Below are positions 49,785 to 58,519 of a DNA stretch of 64,000 bases, in pieces; positions within the stretch are counted from its first letter, which is position 1, and each line of letters begins with the position of its first letter. Made by a program: the position numbers and the translations under genes. Under the pieces are notes generated by a model. It saw only the letters and a program-made list of their open reading frames with translations. It was not told where the DNA came from and did not search any database. The DNA is taken from contig PLUL01000055.1 in the NCBI GenBank assembly GCA_003164895.1, forward strand, positions 2,989 through 66,988, given 5' to 3'. This DNA is from Bacteroidota bacterium. Lineage in GTDB: Bacteria; Bacteroidota; Bacteroidia; Palsa-948.

Positions 49785-49817
49785 ATTTCCTTACTTTCGT
49801 AAGAATTAGTTTTCACA

Positions 49818-51497
49818 ATGACAAGAAAAAAACTTTATTTTCTTTCTCTTCTCAGCGGAATTATTTTTGCTCTCTCCTGGCCTCCTTACGGTTTTCCATT
49901 TTTACTTTTTATTGCTTTTGTTCCGCTTCTGCAAATTGAAAACGCTTTCTCTTCAGGACAAACAACTGCGAGGCGCACGCTTTTATTCGGGCTTTCTTAC
50001 TTGACTTTTTTTATCTGGAATTTAGCAGCCATCTGGTGGGTTTACAATGCTTCTTTAGGCGGAGCCATCCTGGCAGTACTCGGCAATGCATTTATTATGT
50101 CTGCTGTGTTTTGGATATTTCATCTCACAAAAAAACGACTGTTAATTGCCAACTGGCGACTGCCAACTGCCAACTTTGTATTTATTATTTTTTGGCTCTC
50201 CTTTGAATTTTGCCATTACCGTTGGGATTTAAACTGGCCTTGGCTCACACTCGGAAATGCTTTTGCATCATTTCATACTTGCGTTCAGTGGTATGAATTT
50301 ACAGGAACTTTAGGGGGAAGTTTATGGGTACTTATTGTGAATTTAATGGTATTTTCTCTTTTGAAAAATGGCAAATGGCAAATGGCAGATGGCAGACGGA
50401 AACTGATGGCAATCGGTTTGATAATTATTATTCCGATAATTATTTCCGGTATAATTTATTATTCATACAACGAAAAATTAAATCCCGTGAATGTTGTTGT
50501 TGTTCAGCCGAACATTGACCCTTACAGTGAAAAATTCAGCGGAATGAATTTTGAAGAGCAGTTGAATAAAATGCTTGACCTTGCCAAACAAAAAGTTGAT
50601 TCATCTACCGATTATGTTGTCTTTCCCGAAACGGCTCTTACGGAAGATATCTGGGAAAACGACTTGGAACAAACTGCGAGCATTAAAAAACTCAGGGTGT
50701 TTTTACAACCATTTCCAAAACTGAAAATCATTACGGGCGCGTCCACATTTCGTCTATATAAAGAGGGAGAAAAACTTTCTGTTACCGCGCGAAGATTCAA
50801 TCAACAGGATGGGTATTACGACGCATACAATACCGCTTTGCAAATTGACAATTCAAATAAAATCCAAGTATATCACAAATCAAAATTAGTTGCAGGTGTT
50901 GAGCACATGCCATATCCTGCCGTGTTCGGGTTTTTAGACAAGTTTGCGATTGACCTCGGAGGAACATCTGGCAGTTTGGGAACGCAGGAGGAGCGAACGG
51001 TATTCAAAGACCAAAACCAGAGTAAGGATTTTGGAATAAGGAATAAGGATTCCAACATCCTTAATCTAACATCTAATATCCAGAATGTTGTTGCCCCCGT
51101 CATTTGCTACGAATCTGTCTTCGGAGAATTTATCACCGAATATATTCGAAACGGAGCCGCGCTTATTTTCATTATCACCAACGATGGTTGGTGGAGAGAT
51201 ACGCCGGGGTACAAACAACATCTTCTCTATGGAAGATTGCGCGCAATTGAAACACGAAGAAGCATCGCGCGTTCGGGCAACACAGGAACTTCATGTTTCA
51301 TTAATGAGCGAGGAGATATTCTTCAACCAACCGAATGGTGGAAGCCGGGTGTAATTAAAGCGAGCATCAACAGAAATTCAGAAAAAACTTTTTATGTGCA
51401 GGTGGGAGATATTATAGGAAGAATTTGTTTTTATGCTTCGGGAGTTATTTTCTTATTTGTAATTATTTTAAGATTTCTCCCGAAGAAAAATCAATAG
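49818..51497 (+). CDS. lnt: Apolipoprotein N-acyltransferase
   Basis: TM N-terminus, 'WPWLTLG', 'VQPNI', catalytic 'FPET', 'YHKSKLV.GVE', 'ICYES', 'NDGWW', 'RAIETRR...RSGNTG'. Confidence 0.95.
   Translation: MTRKKLYFLSLLSGIIFALSWPPYGFPFLLFIAFVPLLQIENAFSSGQTTARRTLLFGLSYLTFFIWNLAAIWWVYNASLGGAILAVLGNAFIMSAVFWIFHLTKKRLLIANWRLPTANFVFIIFWLSFEFCHYRWDLNWPWLTLGNAFASFHTCVQWYEFTGTLGGSLWVLIVNLMVFSLLKNGKWQMADGRRKLMAIGLIIIIPIIISGIIYYSYNEKLNPVNVVVVQPNIDPYSEKFSGMNFEEQLNKMLDLAKQKVDSSTDYVVFPETALTEDIWENDLEQTASIKKLRVFLQPFPKLKIITGASTFRLYKEGEKLSVTARRFNQQDGYYDAYNTALQIDNSNKIQVYHKSKLVAGVEHMPYPAVFGFLDKFAIDLGGTSGSLGTQEERTVFKDQNQSKDFGIRNKDSNILNLTSNIQNVVAPVICYESVFGEFITEYIRNGAALIFIITNDGWWRDTPGYKQHLLYGRLRAIETRRSIARSGNTGTSCFINERGDILQPTEWWKPGVIKASINRNSEKTFYVQVGDIIGRICFYASGVIFLFVIILRFLPKKNQ
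50136..50177 (+). repeat. 7-nt array (CAACTGC)n inside lnt
   Basis: cgactgt taattgc caactgg cgactgc caactgc caacttt; encodes RLLIANWRLPTANF. Confidence 0.85.
50366..50400 (+). repeat. 7-nt array (AAATGGC)n inside lnt
   Basis: aaatggc aaatggc aaatggc agatggc agacgga; encodes NGKWQMADGRR. Confidence 0.9.
51020..51081 (+). repeat. Back-to-back 7-nt arrays inside the lnt nitrilase domain
   Basis: gagtaag gattttg gaataag gaataag gattcc | aacatcc ttaatct aacatct aatatcc; encodes SKDFGIRNKDSNILNLTSNIQ. Confidence 0.85.
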
Positions 51498-51500
51498 TAA

Positions 51501-52490
51501 CTACGAAAGTTTATCCGTAAGCAATCGCATTTCAATCGTTGGAGAAATTTTTTCGTAGAGAATATGATAAACCGCATTTGTAATTGGCATTTCCACTTTT
51601 AATTCTTTGTTGATTTCATAAATACATTTTACTCCGTAATATCCTTCTGCAACCATATTCATTTCCATCTGCGCAGATTTCACAGAATATCCTTTGCCAA
51701 TCATTCCGCCAAAAGTTCTATTTCGGCTAAACTGAGAATAAGCCGTTACGAGCAAATCACCGAGATAAGCAGAATCTTTTATGTCGCGTGTAATAGGGTG
51801 CACCACATCCACAAATCGTTTTATTTCCTGAATTCCGTTTGAGATAAGCACGGAAAGAAAATTATCTCCATAGCCGAGTCCATGACAAATTCCGGCAGCA
51901 ATAGCCAAAACATTTTTCAGCACAGAAGAATATTCTGTACCGTAAATATCATCGCTGGTGGAGGTTTTGATATAACGGCAAGCCAACTTAGATGCAACAA
52001 AATTTGCACTCTCAGGATTTTGTGATGCGATAGTGAGGTAGGAAAGTTTTTCCATTGCCACTTCTTCCGCATGGCAGGGGCCGGTAATAACGCCAACATT
52101 TTTTATCGGCACTTCGTAAATCTGGTTGAAGAATTCCGCGATAATGAGATTGTGCTCGGGCACAATGCCTTTGATGGCTGAAAATATTTTTTTATTTTTC
52201 AGATCTTCTTTGGTGATTCCGGCAAGCGATTCTTTCAGAAATGCAGAAGGAATTGCCATGATGAGTACATCAGAAGCTGAAATTATTTCTTTCAAATCAG
52301 AACTTACATTTATTTTTTTCAGTTCAAATTCAACGGAAGAAATGTAATTCGGATTGTGATGATATTTGAGAATGTAGTCAGCGGTTTCTTTGCTGCGCAC
52401 CCACCAATTCACATTTTCCATATTGTTGCAAAGCATTTTTACCAGAGCGGTTGCCCAGCTTCCTCCTCCTATGACTGCGATATTTTTCAT
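51501..52490 (-). CDS. gpsA: NAD(P)H-dependent glycerol-3-phosphate dehydrogenase
   Basis: 'IGGGSWATAL', 'IKG', 'GPCHAEEV', 'LKNV.AIAAG', 'LGDLLVT..SQFSRNR', 'AEG'. Confidence 0.96.
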   Translation of the reverse strand: MKNIAVIGGGSWATALVKMLCNNMENVNWWVRSKETADYILKYHHNPNYISSVEFELKKINVSSDLKEIISASDVLIMAIPSAFLKESLAGITKEDLKNKKIFSAIKGIVPEHNLIIAEFFNQIYEVPIKNVGVITGPCHAEEVAMEKLSYLTIASQNPESANFVASKLACRYIKTSTSDDIYGTEYSSVLKNVLAIAAGICHGLGYGDNFLSVLISNGIQEIKRFVDVVHPITRDIKDSAYLGDLLVTAYSQFSRNRTFGGMIGKGYSVKSAQMEMNMVAEGYYGVKCIYEINKELKVEMPITNAVYHILYEKISPTIEMRLLTDKLS

Positions 52491-52502
52491 ATTAACTTAT
52501 AT

Positions 52503-53378
52503 TTAAAACACCATATACTCCTGTGGGTCAATTGCATTTCCATTGTACCAAAGTTCAAAATGCAGGTGAGGTCCGCTTGTTTGTTCACCAGAGTTTCCAA
52601 TAACGGCAATGGCTTCGCCAGCTTTCACAAACTGTCCGGCTTTTTTCAACAGTACCGAGCAATGTTTGTATGCCGATACCAGATTATTTGAATGTTGTAT
52701 TTCAATTGTGTATCCTGTTTCTTGCGCCCATCCTGCAAAAAGCACCGTGCCGTCAAGCGTGGCTTTGATAGGTTCGTTTTCTTTTGCCGCAATGTCAACG
52801 CCAAAGTGTTCTTGCGATGTGCTGAACGAAGCGGTAACCATTCCTTTCACAGGCGTGAAAAAGAAAAAATTACTGATGCTTTCTTTTCCTGTTTTCCTTT
52901 CGGAAAAAGCCAGGGAATATTTATCCTGTGATTCTACCTGCGTGCGAAAAGCGGAATCTTCTTTGGATGGCTTGATGTCAGCATTTTGAGGAACAGAGGC
53001 AGTTTTTGTTTTTCCTTTCTGAGAAAGAGAATCACCGCTTGCGTTTCCGCTGATAATGTTTTTAATGTTTTCCATTGCAGAGGCGCGCATAGAAAGTTCA
53101 TGCTGAAGAGAATCAAGTTTAAGGGTAAGATTGATGAGGTCTTTTCGTGTATTCACTTCTAAACCGTAACCGGGAATGTATTCGCGCAAAGGAGTGAAGG
53201 CAACCAGACTTACGGTTAGGGCGATCATAATGATGGAAATTAATCCAGCCACGACAAAAATATTCAGAGGAGTAAGTTTTAAAGAAAATTTTTCTTCAAA
53301 GGTGTCATCATTCATCACAACAAGCCGGTACCTGTTGCGAATTCTTGCCCAAAAAGTTGGTTTTTTATTTTCTTCCAT
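52503..53378 (-). CDS. M23-family metallopeptidase (peptidoglycan endopeptidase)
   Basis: N-terminal TM and coiled coil, 'HFGVDI', 'YKH', 'GNSG..TSGPHLHFE'. Start MEENKK at 53378. Confidence 0.92.
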   Translation of the reverse strand: MEENKKPTFWARIRNRYRLVVMNDDTFEEKFSLKLTPLNIFVVAGLISIIMIALTVSLVAFTPLREYIPGYGLEVNTRKDLINLTLKLDSLQHELSMRASAMENIKNIISGNASGDSLSQKGKTKTASVPQNADIKPSKEDSAFRTQVESQDKYSLAFSERKTGKESISNFFFFTPVKGMVTASFSTSQEHFGVDIAAKENEPIKATLDGTVLFAGWAQETGYTIEIQHSNNLVSAYKHCSVLLKKAGQFVKAGEAIAVIGNSGEQTSGPHLHFELWYNGNAIDPQEYMVF

Positions 53379-53462
53379 TGATGCACAAAGATAGAAAAAG
53401 CACCGCCTCAACCCTTGATTGAATCAGATAGAGAAATTGTTGAAATTGTTTTTCCTAAAATA

Positions 53463-53496
53463 AAAATGACGAACCAATTTCTCGATTCGTCATTTT
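53463..53496 (-). terminator. Probable intrinsic terminator downstream of the 53515-54899 gene pair
   Basis: aaaatgacgaa ... ttcgtcatttt inverted repeat with A/T flanks. Confidence 0.65.
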
Positions 53497-53514
53497 CAAA
53501 AATTAATTTTTTCT

Positions 53515-53955
53515 CTACTGCTTGAATCCAACAAGAATAGAAACACATCCGCTGGGAACAAGCCCCGAAGGTGCGTCCACATCCGGAACCATTACTTCAA
53601 TCGTTAATTGTTGTGTGGATTCAACAGTAAAATCCCAAAAATCAGATTTTTGATCTTTACTGCTGAAAATTTGTGTCTTGCTCGCATCACGCATTACAAA
53701 ATAAACATTGCCAAGGGTTTCCTGACCAGTAACAAGTATGCGGTAATTTTGTCCGGAATAAAATGTCAAAGTAAGTTCAGCATGGTCTCCAGAAAGAAGA
53801 ACCGAACTGTTGATTTGCCCGTTGTGAATGAATGGTGAAAGTTTTGGAATTTGTTTTTTTACAAACCCTTTGCACTGCGAAAAGGAATTAACCGAGGTTA
53901 GCAGTGCAAGAGCACCAATCAAAATAATTTTTGCAGGATTTAAAAAGTTTTTCAT
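53515..53955 (-). CDS. Hypothetical secreted beta-rich protein
   Basis: Signal peptide ending SFS-QC; 'TFYSGQNYRI', 'WDF', terminal 'SGCVSILVGFK'. Confidence 0.8.
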   Translation of the reverse strand: MKNFLNPAKIILIGALALLTSVNSFSQCKGFVKKQIPKLSPFIHNGQINSSVLLSGDHAELTLTFYSGQNYRILVTGQETLGNVYFVMRDASKTQIFSSKDQKSDFWDFTVESTQQLTIEVMVPDVDAPSGLVPSGCVSILVGFKQ

Positions 53956-53963
53956 GACGAATA

Positions 53964-54899
53964 TTAGTTTTGACCGCTGATGATTTTGTTTCTGATTTCC
54001 GCTGATTTTTCAGTAAGTTTTGTTACCAATTCAGGAGTAACTGTATAGGTAATTTTTCCGCCGATTGTAGTAACTTTTGTAGTAGGATTTGTTTTTACAT
54101 CTGAAGGTGATGTAGATGCAGAAGAAACTTTTACCTGATCATAAATTACTTTCAACGATTTAATATCGGCAAGAACGCCTGCAACAGCTGCATCTTTTTC
54201 ATAAGCGGTTAGTAATCCAACCACGTTATCAAGCGTTCCTTTTTGTTCTGCAATTCGGTTGATAATATCTCCTCCATTCTTGCTTGTTTTTGCAAGTTGT
54301 GTTCCAAGATAAAGCGCTTCGATAAAACCGCCAGTAACAACAAGTGCAGAAGCTCCTTCACGCTGGCTTTCTTTCAACAATTCATCCGTTGACATATATG
54401 AATCAGAAATAATATTGAGAAGAGAATCTTTCTTGGCAGTATTTGCTTGAATGCGATCTACTGTTTTTTCATCAAACGCGCTGCCTACTCCAAGTGCTTC
54501 GGCAAGTGTGCGAGTGCATCCAAGATAAAGAATGGATTCTTGGGTGTTGTCATCAAATACGCTGGTATAACTTAGGTCAGCACCATACACACCAAGATTC
54601 AATGCCTTGCTGGTGTTGGTCATATATTTCGATTTATTCTCTATGGGATTCAGCAAATCCTTATTGTATTTTGCGCCTGCTTTTTTAATAAGTTCAGCAA
54701 GTTCTATAGGAGAAGGAATTGAATAAAAAATATTCTGAGCTTTACTTGTGGTTTTAGTCATTCCACCTGATTTACCCATGGAAGTAGTATCGGTTCCTTC
54801 TGTTTCAGCATTTTCTTTATTTGAGCCGCAGCTGTAAAAAAAAGGCGAAAGAAAAAAAACTGCAATACCTGAAACGAATAATTTTTGCAACGAGTTCAT
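53964..54899 (-). CDS. Hypothetical alpha-helical lipoprotein
   Basis: Lipobox FYS-C; 'YSIPSPIE', 'KALNLGVYGADLSY', 'GGFIEALY', 'RIAEQK'. Confidence 0.82.
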   Translation of the reverse strand: MNSLQKLFVSGIAVFFLSPFFYSCGSNKENAETEGTDTTSMGKSGGMTKTTSKAQNIFYSIPSPIELAELIKKAGAKYNKDLLNPIENKSKYMTNTSKALNLGVYGADLSYTSVFDDNTQESILYLGCTRTLAEALGVGSAFDEKTVDRIQANTAKKDSLLNIISDSYMSTDELLKESQREGASALVVTGGFIEALYLGTQLAKTSKNGGDIINRIAEQKGTLDNVVGLLTAYEKDAAVAGVLADIKSLKVIYDQVKVSSASTSPSDVKTNPTTKVTTIGGKITYTVTPELVTKLTEKSAEIRNKIISGQN

Positions 54900-55014
54900 G
54901 ATGATTTAATTAGTTAAATGGAATTGTTTTATTAGTGGTTGCCAAAGATAGAAAAATATTTAATCAGAGAAGTATGATTGTCAACCTTTTGCAACTCACC
55001 TTTTTATGTCTTTT

Positions 55015-57804
55015 TTAGTGCGCAACCAACCAGTTAACACCCGTTCCCATTTCCACTTCAATCGGAACAATAAGTTTAATGGCGTGCTTCATGTTTTCTT
55101 CGATGACAGGTTTTACCTCTTCCACTTCTTCTTTGAAAACATCAAACACCAATTCATCATGCACCTGCAAAATCATTCTTGAACGGAAATTTTTCTTTTT
55201 GAATTCTTTCTGAATATTTATCATAGCAATTTTAATCATATCGGCAGCCGAACCTTGTATGGGCGCATTGATAGCGTTGCGTTCAGCATAACCGCGTACC
55301 ACTGCATTTCCCGAATTGATGTCGCGCAAATACCTTCTTCTTCCCAAAACAGTTTCTACAAAACCTTTTTCTTTTGCAAGATGAATAGTTGAATTCATGT
55401 ATTCTTTCACCTTTGGATACTTTGAAAAATAATTTTCAATAATTTCTTTCGCTTCAGTGCGTGGAATGCTAAGTCGCTGCGCAAGTCCGAAGGCAGAAAT
55501 TCCATAGATGATTCCAAAGTTTACCATCTTGGCATTTCTTCTCATTTCGGAAGTTACATTTCCAATTTCTACTCCGTAAACTTTTGAAGCTGTTGTCGCG
55601 TGAATATCCTGTCCACTGTGAAATGCTTCTATCATTCCTTCGTCACCGCTCAAAGCTGCAATGATGCGAAGCTCAATCTGGGAATAATCTGCTGACAGAA
55701 GAGTGAAGTTTTGGTTTCTCGGAACAAATGCTTTTCTGATTTCTCTTCCTCGCTCTGTTCGGATGGGAATATTCTGAAGGTTTGGATTATCGGAACTTAA
55801 TCTTCCTGTAACAGCCACAACTTGATTATATGTGGTATGAATTCTTCCGGTGCGTGGATTTACAAGTTCAGGCAACGTATCCACATAAGTGTTTTTCAAC
55901 TTTTGCAATTCGCGGTATTCAAGAATTTTGTCAATGACAGGGTGCGTGCCTTTTAATTTTTCCAGAACATCTTCACCTGTTGCGTACTGACCAGTTTTTG
56001 TTTTCTGGGGCTTCTCTACAATTTTCAGCACATCGTATAAAATTTCTCCAACCTGTTTGGGTGATGAAATATTAAACTCTTGTCCGGCGAGGGAATAAAT
56101 TTCTTTTTCAGAAAGCACAATGTCTTTTGCAAGTTCACCGGAAAGTTCTTTCAGCACGGAAGCATCGATCTTCATTCCTTCGGTTTCCATATCAGCAAGA
56201 ACCGGTACGAGCGGAATTTCCACTTCTTCAAAAAGTTTTTGTGTGCTTGTCTCTTTCAGCATCGGCAAGAACTTATCGTAAAGTTGAATGGTCACGTCCG
56301 CATCTTCAGCAGCATATTCTGAAATTTTTTCTATCTCAACGTTTCGCATGCTCAATTGGTTTTTTCCTTTTTTGCCGATGAGCGTTTCAATGGATACCGG
56401 AGAATAATTTAAATATGTTTCAGAAAGCAGATTCATATTGTGGCGCATGTCTGGCTGAATCAAATAATGCGCAATCATCGTGTCAAATAGTTTTCCTTTA
56501 ATCTCAATGTCGTACCATTTCAATACTGACATATCGTATTTGATGTTCTGTCCGATCTTCTCGATGTTTTCATTTTCAAAAACTTCTCTGAACTCAGCGG
56601 CAATTGCGTGAGCGTCATTGTAATTTTCAGGAATCGGAATATAATATGCTTCGTGTTCTTTGAATGAAAACGACATGCCGACCAATTCCACATTGTGCGC
56701 ATCCGTTCCGGTTGTTTCTGTATCGAAGCAAATGGATTTTTGTTTTTCTAAATTTGAAATGAGTTTTTTTCTTTTCTCTTTTGTGTCAATGAGATGATAA
56801 GTATGAGCAACTTCTTTTATTGTTTGTAAAGATTTCGCCGTTTCGCCGTTTCTGGTTGTCTCTGTTTCTTTTTGAATTGGAGAATCGGTGAGCGGGAGAA
56901 CAGGTGTATTTGTGTTGCCAACCGAAAAACCTTCTCCTAAAATTCTTGCTCCTAATGTTCGGAATTCCAATTCTGAAAAAATCTCTGAAAGTTTTTCTTT
57001 ATTGGGTTCGCTCATTATTAAATCTTCTTCGTCAAATTTTACCGGAACATCACAATGAATGGTTGCCAGCCGTTTTGATAGAATTGCCTGGTCGGCAAAG
57101 TTTCTCACGTTCTCCTGTAATTTCCCTTTCAGCTTGTCGGAATTCTCAATCACGCCTTCCACACTTCCAAATTCATTTACCAATTTGATGGCAGTTTTTT
57201 CTCCAACACCCGGCAATCCAGGAATATTATCCACCGCATCGCCCATCAATCCGAGAATATCAATTACCTGTTTCACGTCTTTTATTTCCCAGCGTTGCAA
57301 AACATCTTCTTCGCGAAGTACAGTCCATCCGCTTTTAAAAACAGGTGGACGAAAAATAAAAGTTTTATCTGAAACTAATTGTCCAAAATCTTTATCGGAA
57401 GTAACCATGTAGGTTTCGTATCCGTGCTTCTCTGCTTTTTTTGCCAGTGTTCCGATGATATCATCGGCTTCGTGTCCTTCGCTTTCAAGAACAGGAATTC
57501 CAAACCCACCTAAAATCTTTTTTATGTATGGAATTGAACTAATAATATCTTCGGGTGTTGCCTGGCGGTTTGCTTTGTATTCTGCAAAATAACCTTCTCG
57601 TTCGGTTGGTCCGTGCATATCAAATGCCACCGCAATATGAGTTGGTTTTTCTTTTCGGAGCAGTTCAAGCAGAATGTTTGTGAATCCAAAAATCGCAGAT
57701 GTATTCATTCCTTTTGAAGTAACACGCGGGTTTTTTGCCAATGCATAATACGCGCGATAGATAAGCGCCATCGCATCCAGAAGGAATAATTTTTTTTCAG
57801 CCAC
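55015..57804 (-). CDS. polA: DNA polymerase I
   Basis: 'LLDAMALIYRAYY', 'EADDIIGT', 'GDAVDNIPG', exonuclease 'FDTETT', 'TGRLSS.NPNLQNIP', 'ADYSQIELR', 'QVHDEL'. Confidence 0.98.
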   Translation of the reverse strand: MAEKKLFLLDAMALIYRAYYALAKNPRVTSKGMNTSAIFGFTNILLELLRKEKPTHIAVAFDMHGPTEREGYFAEYKANRQATPEDIISSIPYIKKILGGFGIPVLESEGHEADDIIGTLAKKAEKHGYETYMVTSDKDFGQLVSDKTFIFRPPVFKSGWTVLREEDVLQRWEIKDVKQVIDILGLMGDAVDNIPGLPGVGEKTAIKLVNEFGSVEGVIENSDKLKGKLQENVRNFADQAILSKRLATIHCDVPVKFDEEDLIMSEPNKEKLSEIFSELEFRTLGARILGEGFSVGNTNTPVLPLTDSPIQKETETTRNGETAKSLQTIKEVAHTYHLIDTKEKRKKLISNLEKQKSICFDTETTGTDAHNVELVGMSFSFKEHEAYYIPIPENYNDAHAIAAEFREVFENENIEKIGQNIKYDMSVLKWYDIEIKGKLFDTMIAHYLIQPDMRHNMNLLSETYLNYSPVSIETLIGKKGKNQLSMRNVEIEKISEYAAEDADVTIQLYDKFLPMLKETSTQKLFEEVEIPLVPVLADMETEGMKIDASVLKELSGELAKDIVLSEKEIYSLAGQEFNISSPKQVGEILYDVLKIVEKPQKTKTGQYATGEDVLEKLKGTHPVIDKILEYRELQKLKNTYVDTLPELVNPRTGRIHTTYNQVVAVTGRLSSDNPNLQNIPIRTERGREIRKAFVPRNQNFTLLSADYSQIELRIIAALSGDEGMIEAFHSGQDIHATTASKVYGVEIGNVTSEMRRNAKMVNFGIIYGISAFGLAQRLSIPRTEAKEIIENYFSKYPKVKEYMNSTIHLAKEKGFVETVLGRRRYLRDINSGNAVVRGYAERNAINAPIQGSAADMIKIAMINIQKEFKKKNFRSRMILQVHDELVFDVFKEEVEEVKPVIEENMKHAIKLIVPIEVEMGTGVNWLVAH
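56833..56899. repeat. Inverted pair of 8-nt arrays in the PolA interdomain linker
   Basis: tttcgccg tttcgccg tttctgg ... gaattgga gaatcggt gagcggga ga; encodes LPLTDSPIQ...TRNGETAK. Confidence 0.7.
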
Positions 57805-57807
57805 GGA

Positions 57808-58407
57808 TTATTTTGAAATTATTTTTTGAATGTATTTTCCAAGCACATCAAATTCTATATTTACTGAATCGCCTTTCTTCATTGTGCTGAAATTTGTATG
57901 CTTGAAAGTGTGAGGAATAATTGCAACTGAAAAAATATTTTTATTTACTTCAATAAGAGTCAAACTCACACCGTTAATGCAGATACTTCCTTTATCAATC
58001 AAAAGGTTTTGATTTCCCGATTTTGAATTTTGAATTTCAAATTTGAAAATAAAACTTCCGTTTTGTTTTTGAATGTCGGAACAAGTTGCTGTACAATCCA
58101 CATGTCCTTGAACAAAATGTCCATCCAATCTATCTCCGATTTTTAGCGAGCGTTCAAGATTTACCATGCTTCTTTTTTTTAATAAGCCAAGATTAGATTT
58201 GTCAAGAGTTTCTTTAACCGCAGTAACCAAATAAAGTTTCTTTGCAGAAGAAATTTTTTCTACCGTCAAACAAACACCGTTATGCGCAATGCTTTGTCCA
58301 ATCTTCAATTCTTTTGCAATGGAAGATTCAATCCCGATTTCAAGATTTGCTTTGTCTTTCTTAAGAGAAATTATTTTGCCTGTGGTTTCAATGATTCCTG
58401 TGAACAT
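57808..58407 (-). CDS. ribE: Riboflavin synthase (alpha chain)
   Basis: 'MFTGII', 'SIAHNGVCLTV', 'VNLER', 'RLDGHFVQGHVD', 'KGSI.INGVSLT', 'IIPHT'. Confidence 0.96.
   Translation of the reverse strand: MFTGIIETTGKIISLKKDKANLEIGIESSIAKELKIGQSIAHNGVCLTVEKISSAKKLYLVTAVKETLDKSNLGLLKKRSMVNLERSLKIGDRLDGHFVQGHVDCTATCSDIQKQNGSFIFKFEIQNSKSGNQNLLIDKGSICINGVSLTLIEVNKNIFSVAIIPHTFKHTNFSTMKKGDSVNIEFDVLGKYIQKIISK
58006..58047. repeat. 7-nt array (ATTTTGA)n inside riboflavin synthase
   Basis: gttttga tttcccg attttga attttga atttcaa atttgaa; encodes FKFEIQNSKSGNQN. Confidence 0.7.
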
Positions 58408-58428
58408 AAATCAGCTAAAACAATTTTG

Positions 58429-58460
58429 TACGAATGTACGAATTAGGAATTATTACGAAT
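58429..58460. repeat. TACGAAT-type array overlapping the ribE-polA promoter region
   Basis: tacgaatg tacgaat taggaat tat tacgaat. The minus strand reads TACATTCG, a -7-like box. Confidence 0.65.
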
Positions 58461-58519
58461 TGGAAAAATTGAGAAAAAGGAATTTTACTTGCAACTTCGA
58501 TAGAACTTGTGCTTCGCTA

